Below are positions 17,443 through 26,957 of a stretch of DNA of 64,000 bases, in pieces. The first letter of the stretch is position 1. The number at the start of each line of letters is the position of its first letter. Both the position numbers and the translations under genes were made by a program. Source of the stretch: an uncultured Methanosarcinales archaeon (GTDB lineage: Archaea > Nanobdellota > Nanobdellia > Woesearchaeales > CAIVOO01); contig CAZAIK010000004.1 in the NCBI GenBank assembly GCA_964485195.1, positions 33,673 through 97,672 of the forward strand, given 5' to 3'. The notes below the pieces were generated by a model. That model did no database searches, was not told where the DNA came from, and saw nothing but the letters and a program-made list of their open reading frames with translations.

Positions 17443-18399
17443 CTAAACACAATTTAGCATAACTGCCTTTGAAATGTCTGATATTTTTGCATTCAGGGTT
17501 TTGAAATTTTCCATGAGGATTACAAACTGCTTGTTGATTGTGGAGTTCCCGTTCTGCAGGAATTCATCACATTTTTCGTATATCTCCGGCTTTGTTGTCT
17601 CTATCTCACAGGCCACGTTCATGTCCTTGCCGTAATAGGCTTTCATAGAACTCAGGTATCTTGATTTAATCTTGTTGAATAACTCTGAGACTTCAGCAAG
17701 GCTTTTCTCATCAAGTTTGAGACCTGCCAGGCACTTGCTGATTCTCTTGATGCTGTCACCTATTTTTTCCATGCGAAGCGAAACCTCCCAGTCAAGAAGG
17801 ACGTCCTTTGGTTCTGTTTCAAACATCTTTGAAATCTTTTGGTCTTCAAGGGCGGCGGTTATCATACGCCTTACAAGCCAGGTCAGCCTGTTCACATCTT
17901 CATCCCTGTCATAGATGCTTTTTACAGTCTGTTTTCCGATTTTTGTCACGGCATCGTCTGTCATGGACCTTATTATTATGTCTATCCTCCTCATCAAGGC
18001 TTTTATCGAAACTTCCTTTACATTTATGAGGTCTTTTGTTATAATCTTGTCTGAAGTCTGTTCAAGAATCTCAAGCCCGGCAAGGTTCTGGACAAGTTCC
18101 TTTACCTTGACAAGGTTGTCCTCGTCAAGCTGCCTTATTTCTATGATGTTGTAATTATTAAGGTAGGCCGCGATAAGCTCGCATCTGATAACACCGTAAG
18201 ACTTGTTTGCGCCGTCAATCTGCTTCTCCTTGATCTCCTTTTCCCTGTCAGAGCGCGCAGAGGTTATGACCAGCTCATTTGGCTTCTCTTCAATGTAGAG
18301 AGGGTCCCCTTTCTCCAGCTTATTGCCTGAAATCCAGTTTTTGGGCAGAGAAATAACATATGACGAACTTCCAAAACTGATTAGCTTTCTTGTCTCCAA
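17443..18399 (-). CDS. PhoU-like regulator with an N-terminal AbrB/SpoVT-type swapped-hairpin domain.
   Basis: KLISFGSSSYVISLPKNWI is an AbrB-like motif. The remainder is alpha-helical and PhoU-like. Confidence 0.55.
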   Translation of the reverse strand: METRKLISFGSSSYVISLPKNWISGNKLEKGDPLYIEEKPNELVITSARSDREKEIKEKQIDGANKSYGVIRCELIAAYLNNYNIIEIRQLDEDNLVKVKELVQNLAGLEILEQTSDKIITKDLINVKEVSIKALMRRIDIIIRSMTDDAVTKIGKQTVKSIYDRDEDVNRLTWLVRRMITAALEDQKISKMFETEPKDVLLDWEVSLRMEKIGDSIKRISKCLAGLKLDEKSLAEVSELFNKIKSRYLSSMKAYYGKDMNVACEIETTKPEIYEKCDEFLQNGNSTINKQFVILMENFKTLNAKISDISKAVMLNCV

Positions 18400-18574
18400 T
18401 TTGCACCCCCTATATGCTCATATATGCATCTATTTAAATACTTTTCGCTATTCTGAAACTATCGTAAAGTTGTAGTGGGCACTAAGGGATATTTTTTAGA
18501 ATATATTCTATATACATTATATCAGGCATTTTTAAATTAAAAACCTGCCTGAAAATATTCCGGAGGTGATCAAA

Positions 18575-18709
18575 ATGAGGATAGTAAGGGTGTCAAAACC
18601 AAGGAAGGAAAAAGACCTTAAGGATGAGTTTGAGCTGATGCTGGAAGAAGACGGCATGACTGCAGAAGAAGAGGCATTTATCAGGGGCTGGGAACAAGGC
18701 AATTATTAG
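18575..18709 (+). CDS. Candidate 44-aa small acidic protein, absent from the ORF track.
   Basis: GGAGGTGA Shine-Dalgarno 6 nt upstream of the ATG. MRIVRVSKPRKEKDLKDEFELMLEEDGMTAEEEAFIRGWEQGNY. Confidence 0.3.
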   Translation: MRIVRVSKPRKEKDLKDEFELMLEEDGMTAEEEAFIRGWEQGNY

Positions 18710-18742
18710 AAAATTTTTTAATCTCTTTCTTATTCAGGAGCT

Positions 18743-18937
18743 GTGATGGTGGACAAGAAACGCCTGGAGGAGATACAGGAAGCATACTCTGCCCAGCTGA
18801 AGAGGAAGGACCAGGAGATAGAGGAGCTGAAAAAGGAGAATGACCTTCTGATGAAAACAGCTATGAAACAGTCTGACAAGGCCAAGCAATGGGAAGACAT
18901 AGCAAAAAAGGTGATGAGGGAAAAAAAGAAAGACTAA
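18743..18937 (+). CDS. Small coiled-coil protein.
   Basis: 64-aa K/E-rich heptad-like ORF. Confidence 0.35.
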   Translation: MMVDKKRLEEIQEAYSAQLKRKDQEIEELKKENDLLMKTAMKQSDKAKQWEDIAKKVMREKKKD

Positions 18938-19368
18938 TCCCTGCTAAAAGCATTTCTCACAAAACTGCCGATGTAAAACAAAATCCCCAAGGCAATAGCA
19001 GATGCAAAAACCCCCACAAATATCCCTGCTAAAATTAAAAGAGTGGGGCCTAATCCTTTTATTATGTAAATAACAAAAAAAGGAATGTAAACAATAAGCA
19101 GGCCCACAAGAACATTAAAGAAAAACTCCCAGAAATGAAATTCATACACAGGGTTTAATTCTCCGCATTCAGGGCATTTCCTTTTCCTATATGCAAATCT
19201 TGTGTGGCAGTTCGGACAGCTGATTTTATCTGTCTTTTTCCTGCTGAAAAAAGATTTTTTTTGTTTAGCGCCTATTCTGTGCGGAGCGCATTTGAAACAA
19301 AAGACTTTCCCGTTTTCCTTCACATATGTTCCAGGGACAACGGCTTTACCACACTTTGAGCATTTCAT
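18934..19368 (-). CDS. Zinc-ribbon membrane protein.
   Basis: Two CxxC pairs (CSKCGK...CFKC, CPNC...CPEC) followed by TM helices. Confidence 0.5.
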   Translation of the reverse strand: MKCSKCGKAVVPGTYVKENGKVFCFKCAPHRIGAKQKKSFFSRKKTDKISCPNCHTRFAYRKRKCPECGELNPVYEFHFWEFFFNVLVGLLIVYIPFFVIYIIKGLGPTLLILAGIFVGVFASAIALGILFYIGSFVRNAFSRD

Positions 19369-19468
19369 ATCACTGCAGTTTTCTCATTCTTTAAAAACCT
19401 TACTGAATGCAGGTAGAATCAAGTTGGCTGAATCAAAAACTTAATAAACAGAATAATCAACAAAAACT

Positions 19469-21166
19469 TTGATGGAAGAGTTCAAAAAAGAGATTATAAG
19501 AACAGTAGGCAAAATTGTCAATGCAACAGATTCCATGCTTGAGATTCCGCCGGACTCTTCAATGGGAGACTTGGCATTGCCTTGCTTTTCATTTGCAAAG
19601 GACCTGAAGAAAAACCCGGCAGACATAGCGAAAAAGATAGAAGAGGAGGCCAGTCCGGGAGAGTTAATAGAGGAAATCAAGGCATTCGGGCCTTATGTCA
19701 ATTTCTTCATCAACAAGGAAAAGCTTGCGGAATTGACACTGAAGGACATTGTGAAATTAAAGCATTCTTACGGAAAGTCACTGACGGGAAAGGGAAAAAC
19801 CATAATGGTGGAATACTCATCCCCCAGCCTCAACAAGCCCCAGCACCTGGGGCACGTTAGAAACAACGTGCTGGGCTTCTCACTTTCAAGAATCTTTGAA
19901 TTCTCCAGCTACAAGGTGATAAAGGCCAACCTGATGAATGACAGGGGAATCCACATCTGCCAGTCCATGCTTGCCTATAAGGAGTGGGGCGAGAACAAGG
20001 AGCCTGACAAGAAGCCCGACCATTTCGTGGGGGGCTTCTATGTGATGTTCCACAACAATGTGAAAGAAAAGCCAGAGCTTCAGGAAAAGGCCCAGCAAAT
20101 GCTCAGGAAATGGGAGCAGGGCGATAAGGAGATACTGGCCTTGTGGAAAAAGATGAACAACTGGGTCTACAAGGGATTCCAGGAAACCTACAACAGCCTG
20201 GGAGTGGATTTTGACATTTATTATCACGAATCTGAATTTTACCACAAGGGGAAGAAAATCATTGATGAATCCCTGAAAAAAGGCCTGCTGAAAAAGAGCA
20301 AGAACGGTGCTATATACGCAGACCTTGAGGAATTCGGGCTTCCTGAAAAATATGTTTTGAGAGCTGACGGCACAACTGTTTACACAACCCAGGACATTTA
20401 CCTTGCAAAGCTGAAATTTGAACAGTATGACCTGGACAAATCCCTCTATGTCGTAGCAAGCGAGCATAACCTGTATCTTCAGCAGCTTTTCGCCATACTG
20501 AAAAAGATGGGTTTTGGCTTTGCTGACAAGTGCTACCACAGGACATACGGCATGGTTTTTCTCCCTGAAGGAAAGATGAAGTCAAGGGAAGGAACTGTTG
20601 TTGACGCTGATGACAGCATAGGAAGGATGAAAGGGCTGGCAAAAGAGGAAGTTGAAAAGCGGTACGAAAAACTGGGGGAAAAGGAAAAAGACAGGAGAGC
20701 CAAAGCAATAGGGTTGGCAGGGCTAAAGTTTTACATGCTGAAGCAGGATCCGGTGAAGGATATCTATTTTGACCCGAGGGAGTCCATTTCCTTTGAGGGG
20801 GAAACCGGCCCTTACATCCAGTACGCATTTGCCAGGATTTGCTCCATATTGAGAAAATTCGGAAAGCCGATAAACGAAAACATTGATTTTTCCCTGGTGA
20901 AAAAAGAGGAGGAGATAAACTTGATAAAGCATTTGGACTTGTTTTACACTGCTGTGGAAGAGTCAGCAAAGCACTATGACCCTTCCAAAATCGCGCATTA
21001 TCTTACAGGCCTTGCCCAGATGTTCAATAATTTTTACCATAACTGTCCTGTGCTCTCTGAAAGGGAGGACCTTAAAAAAGCGCGCCTCTTGCTGGCATAC
21101 TGCACAAAGCAGGTGCTTGGGAACGGCATCTCACTGCTGGGGATTGAAACCCTGGAAGAGATGTAG
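19469..21166 (+). CDS. argS: Arginyl-tRNA synthetase.
   Basis: SSPSLNKPQHLGHVRNNVLG (HIGH region), a class I core, and a C-terminal DALR-like anticodon-binding domain. Confidence 0.9.
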   Translation: MMEEFKKEIIRTVGKIVNATDSMLEIPPDSSMGDLALPCFSFAKDLKKNPADIAKKIEEEASPGELIEEIKAFGPYVNFFINKEKLAELTLKDIVKLKHSYGKSLTGKGKTIMVEYSSPSLNKPQHLGHVRNNVLGFSLSRIFEFSSYKVIKANLMNDRGIHICQSMLAYKEWGENKEPDKKPDHFVGGFYVMFHNNVKEKPELQEKAQQMLRKWEQGDKEILALWKKMNNWVYKGFQETYNSLGVDFDIYYHESEFYHKGKKIIDESLKKGLLKKSKNGAIYADLEEFGLPEKYVLRADGTTVYTTQDIYLAKLKFEQYDLDKSLYVVASEHNLYLQQLFAILKKMGFGFADKCYHRTYGMVFLPEGKMKSREGTVVDADDSIGRMKGLAKEEVEKRYEKLGEKEKDRRAKAIGLAGLKFYMLKQDPVKDIYFDPRESISFEGETGPYIQYAFARICSILRKFGKPINENIDFSLVKKEEEINLIKHLDLFYTAVEESAKHYDPSKIAHYLTGLAQMFNNFYHNCPVLSEREDLKKARLLLAYCTKQVLGNGISLLGIETLEEM

Positions 21167-21254
21167 GCAGAATGCAATCCAGCAGCAAATATAAGCATAA
21201 CCTTTAAAAACAAAAACTACTTCTGAATCATTAAAACCTTAAAAGAGGCGTTCC

Positions 21255-23873
21255 ATGGACATTTTGCTCATAATAATTATTGTAGTTTTGGCTATAATCG
21301 GCTTTAAAGTCTTCAGTCTGCTATTCTCTGCCATTGGCAAAATCCTCATAATCCTCCTGCTGGTCCTGGTGGCTTATGCAGTTTTTGTGCACGCTGACAG
21401 GGACCTGGCCTTTGAAGGGTATGTCTTCCCGGACCAGAGCATAACTGTAGACGAAAACCCTTTTATCATAAAATTTGAGCCTGACCAAAGGCCTTCCAGC
21501 ATACAGGTTGACTATTATCAAAAATATTTTTTCATTAACAAAGGCCACTGCAAAACCATAGTGAACGTGGATATCTGTTTTGCGAACACGATATATGACC
21601 TGGAATTCAACAAATTCAAGGCGAATATAAGCGCATACAAGGTAGAGCCGGACCTGACAATAAGAAGGACAATAAACGATTCCAGGCTTGTTGTCGGCGA
21701 AAGCGCAAGGATATTCATCAATGTAACAAACGGCGTGGGCATACCTGCCAGTGATTTCAGGTTTACAGACTCCTTTTCCCCTGAAGAGTTTGAGATAGAG
21801 GATGTCGACGGGGACTGCATTGGGGAAAACAACAGCATAACTTATGCCGGAACTTTAAGGGAAAACGAAAAAATATCCTGCGAGTACGAGCTCAGGGCGC
21901 TAAAGGAATTGACAAGGTCTTCCAGGGCAAGGGCAAGCTATTTTAACGGAGTCGAGGATGAGGTATTGTTCTCAAACCCCATAAACTTTGAAGTGGACCC
22001 CGCTTTCTCCATAAAAACCAGTTTTAACGAGTCTGACAGGAAAGTATATGAGGGAGAGAAGGTTCTTTTCATCGTCAATATATCAAATAAGCATCCTGAC
22101 GAGGAGATGGAAAATGTGGTGCTTGATATTTACCTTCCTTCAGGCCTGGCTTTTGAAAGGACAAGCTCTTTTGAAGTGTATTTCAACCGGACAAGCAACA
22201 GGACCATACGCTCCCAAAGGATTGAGAGGGTTAGTGAGGGGGTTTACCAGTTCACAGGCAATCTTTTGGAGGGCACTTCCAAATTCATTGTAATGGAATT
22301 GAAAACAACAAATACTGGCAGGTCTGACATACTCCTGGACGCTTCCTATGAAATTGGCACAGAGAAAAAAGAGGTTAATGAAAAGGAATCCCTGGAAGTT
22401 GAGCACAAGGAAATAGTTCTTTTTGCTAATTTTGAAGACGGGGCAATCTTTGATTCAGGAGAAGAGAAGCTGATAAAAATAGGGGTCTCAAATCCCAGCG
22501 ATCATATACTCCTGAAGAACATAAACATCAGGGTGGACACTTCCATTGCAGATAACCTTTCCGGCTCTGTCCTGGCACTGGACAAGCTCAAGGCAGCAAC
22601 CCTGATAAACAAGCGTGTAAAGATGCCCTCTGTTGATAGCAACAGGAATTACCAGTTTGACGTGATCGCAAGTTATGACACGGAATACGGAGTTCATCAC
22701 GAGGAAACATTCGAATATGACTTCAAGATAGAAGCAACAAGGGGCCTTTCAGTCAATCACGACATCAGCAGGACCTCTGTGGAGGCAGGAGAGACTTTCA
22801 CGGTCAAGACAAGGATAACAAACAACAGGAATACCGACATTAAGAACATAAGGGTCTTTGATGTTGTGCCCCAGGAATTCCAGAGAAAAGGCCTGAATTC
22901 GATAAGCAACCTTAATGTGCTGGCAAAAGACACAGTGACGGCATATGAGTACAGGATGGCCGCTCCTGAAGTGGAAACCCCCAAAGTATACTCATTCAGG
23001 ACCACTGCAAGATTTGAGGAGGAAAACAAGACCTATGCTTTTGAAAGGCAGTTCCAAATAACAGTAAATCCAAGGAAAGTAGACCTTTCCATTGCCAATG
23101 CAGTTTCAGACCCAACCACTTATGAGGGGGCTGTGCTGGACATACTTTACACCCTGCAGAACCCAGATGATGAAAAGACATTGAGGGACATAACATTGTC
23201 TTTCCCTGTCCAGCAGGATGTTGACCTGATAGGCCACAGGAATTTTTCAATAAACCGGCTGCTGCCAGGTGAAAGTTACACATTAAGAAAGATTCACAAG
23301 ATAAGGCTGAAAAATAACGGCTCCATAAGGCTGAACCCCGCCCTGATTGCTTATGAGGATGAGAACGGGAACACATTCAAAAAGAATTCATCCTCTTTAT
23401 CATTGAACGCCAAGGAGGGGTACATCACAGGCCCGGCTTTCTTTATAACCAAGGAATCAAATTCCTCTGCGACAAGGGGAGAGATGGTGACTGTCAGAAT
23501 AACTGTGGAGAACATTGGCACTGAGAAGGGAAAAATCACAATCGCAGACTCCGGAAAGGCGTGGAACCTGAACGTGGGGCCGGAGGAAAAGAATGCAATA
23601 ACCTATAAGATAAGGGCGGAAACCGCAGGCCGGCTGAATCTAAAACCTGCCTCTGGAAAATATGAATACAGGAACAAGCCTGCGTACACAGTGTCCAACA
23701 GCGCGTTCACAGATGTCAAAGAAAAAGTAGTAACAGAGCTGGAAGAAGAGGAAGAAGAGGAAGAAATACAGAACGTAACAGTTGAAAAAGTGGAGGAACC
23801 CGAAGAAAAGGGATTCTTCCAGGTTGTCTGGAATGCTATAAGCAATATCTTTAAAGTGTTTTCAGGGAGGTGA
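21255..23873 (+). CDS. Large (872 aa) membrane-anchored surface protein with repeated beta-sandwich domains (DUF11/CARDB-like) and an acidic poly-Glu C-terminus.
   Basis: N-terminal TM segment; repeated V-x-V-x-N-x-G motifs (for example VTVENIGTEKGKIT); EEEEEEEE linker. Confidence 0.6.
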   Translation: MDILLIIIIVVLAIIGFKVFSLLFSAIGKILIILLLVLVAYAVFVHADRDLAFEGYVFPDQSITVDENPFIIKFEPDQRPSSIQVDYYQKYFFINKGHCKTIVNVDICFANTIYDLEFNKFKANISAYKVEPDLTIRRTINDSRLVVGESARIFINVTNGVGIPASDFRFTDSFSPEEFEIEDVDGDCIGENNSITYAGTLRENEKISCEYELRALKELTRSSRARASYFNGVEDEVLFSNPINFEVDPAFSIKTSFNESDRKVYEGEKVLFIVNISNKHPDEEMENVVLDIYLPSGLAFERTSSFEVYFNRTSNRTIRSQRIERVSEGVYQFTGNLLEGTSKFIVMELKTTNTGRSDILLDASYEIGTEKKEVNEKESLEVEHKEIVLFANFEDGAIFDSGEEKLIKIGVSNPSDHILLKNINIRVDTSIADNLSGSVLALDKLKAATLINKRVKMPSVDSNRNYQFDVIASYDTEYGVHHEETFEYDFKIEATRGLSVNHDISRTSVEAGETFTVKTRITNNRNTDIKNIRVFDVVPQEFQRKGLNSISNLNVLAKDTVTAYEYRMAAPEVETPKVYSFRTTARFEEENKTYAFERQFQITVNPRKVDLSIANAVSDPTTYEGAVLDILYTLQNPDDEKTLRDITLSFPVQQDVDLIGHRNFSINRLLPGESYTLRKIHKIRLKNNGSIRLNPALIAYEDENGNTFKKNSSSLSLNAKEGYITGPAFFITKESNSSATRGEMVTVRITVENIGTEKGKITIADSGKAWNLNVGPEEKNAITYKIRAETAGRLNLKPASGKYEYRNKPAYTVSNSAFTDVKEKVVTELEEEEEEEEIQNVTVEKVEEPEEKGFFQVVWNAISNIFKVFSGR

Positions 23874-23876
23874 ACA

Positions 23877-24275
23877 ATGGGAATCTTTTCATTCCTAAAA
23901 AAGAAAAAGAAGCCTGAAGAAAAAAAGGGAAAAGGCGCAATGAACCTGGATGTCAACCTGCCGCCAATTGAGCCGGTAAAGCCGCATCCCTCTGCTCCGG
24001 AAACCCCTGAAACAGCCCCGGAACACCCTTATCCCGGCCAGGGCAGGCAGCCGGAGCCCAGCCCTTACACTCCTCCCTCCTTTCCTTCACCAGAACAGCC
24101 CCAGGCATTTAAGGAAGCTGAGTCATACCGTGCTGAGGTTGCCAACAAGGACCTGGCCAAGAGCCTGGACCTGCTATCTGCCAAATTAGACGCGATAAAG
24201 GTGATGATTGAGAATCTCAACCACAGGATTGACAAGCTGGAGCAGAAGGAGAAGAGAGAAACAGTAAGATGGTAA
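23877..24275 (+). CDS. Proline-rich protein with a C-terminal coiled coil.
   Basis: PxP-rich middle section (PPIEPVKPHPSAPETPETAPEHPYP) and a C-terminal heptad. Confidence 0.4.
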   Translation: MGIFSFLKKKKKPEEKKGKGAMNLDVNLPPIEPVKPHPSAPETPETAPEHPYPGQGRQPEPSPYTPPSFPSPEQPQAFKEAESYRAEVANKDLAKSLDLLSAKLDAIKVMIENLNHRIDKLEQKEKRETVRW

Positions 24276-24733
24276 AGAAGGTTTCTGCGAAGCTCCTGTT
24301 CATCCTTGCTATCAGTCTGCTCGTTGCCGACCAGCTAACCAAGATGATGGTCAGGAACCTTGGCGAATCAGTGCCTGTAATAAAAAACATATTTCACATA
24401 ACCTTTGTAATGAATTTTGGAGTGGCATTTGGCCTGTTGCAGGGTTACAACCATATCGTGATATGGCTTTACCTCGTGGTACTGGGCCTGATAATATTCT
24501 TTTACGACAGGTTTCCAAAAGACAGGTTCACACAGGCAATGCTTTTTATAATCATAGCAGGAATCTTAGGAAACTTTGTAGACAGGATGGCATTCGGCTA
24601 TGTCATTGACTTCATAGACTTCAGGGTATGGCCTGTTTTCAACCTGGCAGACCTTTATCTTAATATAGGGATAATAGGGTTAATAGGAAGGGAAATCCTG
24701 AAAGGAAAATCAAAGAAAGCAACTGCTGACTGA
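24269..24733 (+). CDS. lspA: Lipoprotein signal peptidase (signal peptidase II, LspA).
   Basis: Aligns with the LspA boxes: NFGVAFGLL, GNFVDRM (catalytic Asp), VFNLAD (catalytic Asp). Four TM helices. Confidence 0.8.
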   Translation: MVKKVSAKLLFILAISLLVADQLTKMMVRNLGESVPVIKNIFHITFVMNFGVAFGLLQGYNHIVIWLYLVVLGLIIFFYDRFPKDRFTQAMLFIIIAGILGNFVDRMAFGYVIDFIDFRVWPVFNLADLYLNIGIIGLIGREILKGKSKKATAD

Positions 24734-24735
24734 TT

Positions 24736-25089
24736 TTAAAACTCGCTTTCCATCTCTTCCAACGGCTTAAGATACCCTTTTGACTTGAGCCATTTGACCT
24801 GTGTTGGAGTGTACTTGAATATTATGTCCCCTTTTGTCTCTCCGGAATATTCCCACGGCTCCACAATAACTATAAATCCCTGCTTAACCCACAGTCTCCT
24901 TTTCAGCCTGCCGGGCACCCTGCAAATTCTTGTCTTGCCGTCGAAACACTTGACTTCCATACGGCCGGAGCCAAGCATCCTGGAAACTATCCCCAGGGAC
25001 TGGTTTCCTCTCGGCAGCTTGATTCTTCTTATCTCTGTTTGTATCCTTTGATGCTCTGCGGCAGCTTCTGCTTCTCTCTTCTTGCTCAT
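24736..25089 (-). CDS. Translation initiation factor aIF-1A.
   Basis: GRMEVKCFDGKTRICRVPGRLKRRLWV...GDIIFKY is the S1-like OB signature of eIF1A. Confidence 0.85.
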   Translation of the reverse strand: MSKKREAEAAAEHQRIQTEIRRIKLPRGNQSLGIVSRMLGSGRMEVKCFDGKTRICRVPGRLKRRLWVKQGFIVIVEPWEYSGETKGDIIFKYTPTQVKWLKSKGYLKPLEEMESEF

Positions 25090-25140
25090 ATCCCTGGAAT
25101 AAAGCCGAAAATTTATAAATGTTTGTAATTCTGTTTTTTT

Positions 25141-26286
25141 ATGCCTGCAAAATTTTCCGAAGCGCAGACCAAGGATGTGGTGCACGGGCTGGAAGGCGTA
25201 AAGGCAGTCGCGACAATAAAGTCAAAAGTTGACGGTTCCGGTGAAGGCGCGCTTTTCTACGAAGGGTATAATATTTCTGAGCTGGCAGAAAAATCCTCTT
25301 TTGAGGAAGTTGTTTTTCTTTTATTGTACGACAAGCTTCCCAACAAGAAGGAACTGAACGAGCTTGAAAAAAAGCTAAGGTCTTACAGAAAACTTGATGA
25401 AAACGTTGTTGAATTGTTAAGGAAGGCAAAAGGGCATCCCGTGGCTGTTTTGAGAACAGCTGTTTCCGCGCTTTCATCTTTTGACAAAGAGTCCGAAGAT
25501 TCCTCTTATGAGGCAAATGAAAGAAAAGCTTTAAGGCTGATAGCCCAGATTCCTGTAATAATCGCTGTTTACAACAGGCTGAGGAAAGGCGGGGAATTGA
25601 TTGAGCCTGAAGGGAACCTGAACACAGCGGCTAATTTTGTTTATATGCTCGCCGGAGAGAAAGACGAGCTGAAGTCAAGGATTATGGACATTATTCTGGT
25701 TCTGCACGCTGATCACGGCCTGAATGCTTCAACTTTTGCTGCAAGAGTGACAACGTCAACGCTTTCTGATATGTATTCCGCGATAACCTCCGCAATCGGG
25801 ACATTGAAAGGTCCTCTTCACGGAGGAGCGAATGAGCAGGTGCTGAAGATGCTGCTGGGCCTTGAAGGCGATGTCAAGGAATGGGTTATGGGCAAGATTG
25901 CAAAAAAGGAAAAGATAATGGGAATAGGCCATCGCGTTTACAAAGGAGGGGATCCAAGGGCGAAGATACTGAAAAGATATGCAAAGGAATTAAGCGAGGA
26001 AACAGGCAAATCCAAATTATATGAAAGGTTGAGAACAATAGAGGAAACAGTTGACAAGGAAAAAGGGCTCAAGCCCAATGTTGACTTCTATTCCGCGCTG
26101 GTCTTCCACTGCGCAGGAATCCCCCCTGACTTGTTCACACCAATATTTGCGATGTCAAGGATAGCCGGATGGGCCTCCCACGTGCTTGAGCAATACGCCA
26201 ACAACAGGCTGTTAAGGCCCAAGGCTGTTTATGTTGAAGAGCTGGCTCCCCTTGGAAGAGAATATATTGAGATTGATAAAAGATAG
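25141..26286 (+). CDS. Citrate synthase.
   Basis: GPLHGGANE and GHRVYK motifs and a C-terminal SRIAGW. Confidence 0.85.
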   Translation: MPAKFSEAQTKDVVHGLEGVKAVATIKSKVDGSGEGALFYEGYNISELAEKSSFEEVVFLLLYDKLPNKKELNELEKKLRSYRKLDENVVELLRKAKGHPVAVLRTAVSALSSFDKESEDSSYEANERKALRLIAQIPVIIAVYNRLRKGGELIEPEGNLNTAANFVYMLAGEKDELKSRIMDIILVLHADHGLNASTFAARVTTSTLSDMYSAITSAIGTLKGPLHGGANEQVLKMLLGLEGDVKEWVMGKIAKKEKIMGIGHRVYKGGDPRAKILKRYAKELSEETGKSKLYERLRTIEETVDKEKGLKPNVDFYSALVFHCAGIPPDLFTPIFAMSRIAGWASHVLEQYANNRLLRPKAVYVEELAPLGREYIEIDKR

Positions 26287-26495
26287 ACATTTCTGGAACT
26301 GTAAGGTTGTAGTCGTTTAATTGTGGTAATGCTGGCACTGCGCTCCTCTGCTTCATTAATCTCTTCTAAACCCTATTTATTCGTAGTTTGAGAGGTTATA
26401 AGATAACTCCGCTCGGCAGTGACAGCGCCAACACAGAACACTTGACTTAACCATATTTGAGAAACATTTTTAAAAACAAAGCAAAAAAGGATTAC

Positions 26496-26957
26496 ATGCC
26501 AAAAGCTGTGCTGATTCCAGCGTGGAAGCGTCTCGTCGCTTTTATCATAGACATTCTCATCGTGGATTTCCTGTTGCTCTACCCTTTTACAGACATATCT
26601 GAAAAAGCCTTTTCAGCAGTCCGCGCCGATTTCCTTATTTTTCAGGGCTCCCTGGTTGCACTAATCCTGTCTGTTTCAGCAATCTACATTCTTTATTTCA
26701 CGTTTTTTGAATGGATTCTCGGGCAGACCATTGGAAAGATGTTCATTAGGTCCACATCAGCGAACCTTAATAACAAGCAGATGAATTTCTGGCAGGCCCT
26801 GGGCAGAAACCTTTTTTTAATTCCTGTTGTTCCCTTCGTATTCCTCTGGGTTTTGGACCCCATATTTATCATATGGAAGGGCAGGTCCCTTAGCGAAATA
26901 TTTACAAAGACAAAAACAATTGAGGGTGAAAAATGGCTGGAAAAACAAAAACAGTAA
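26496..26957 (+). CDS. RDD-family membrane protein.
   Basis: RLVAFIIDILIVDF matches the RDD domain pattern. 3-4 TM helices. Confidence 0.55.
   Translation: MPKAVLIPAWKRLVAFIIDILIVDFLLLYPFTDISEKAFSAVRADFLIFQGSLVALILSVSAIYILYFTFFEWILGQTIGKMFIRSTSANLNNKQMNFWQALGRNLFLIPVVPFVFLWVLDPIFIIWKGRSLSEIFTKTKTIEGEKWLEKQKQ

Noticed and set aside
20310-20969. 219-aa minus-strand ORF
   Set aside because: It is antisense inside argS. The Cys/Pro/Ser-rich composition is the typical reverse-frame artefact.
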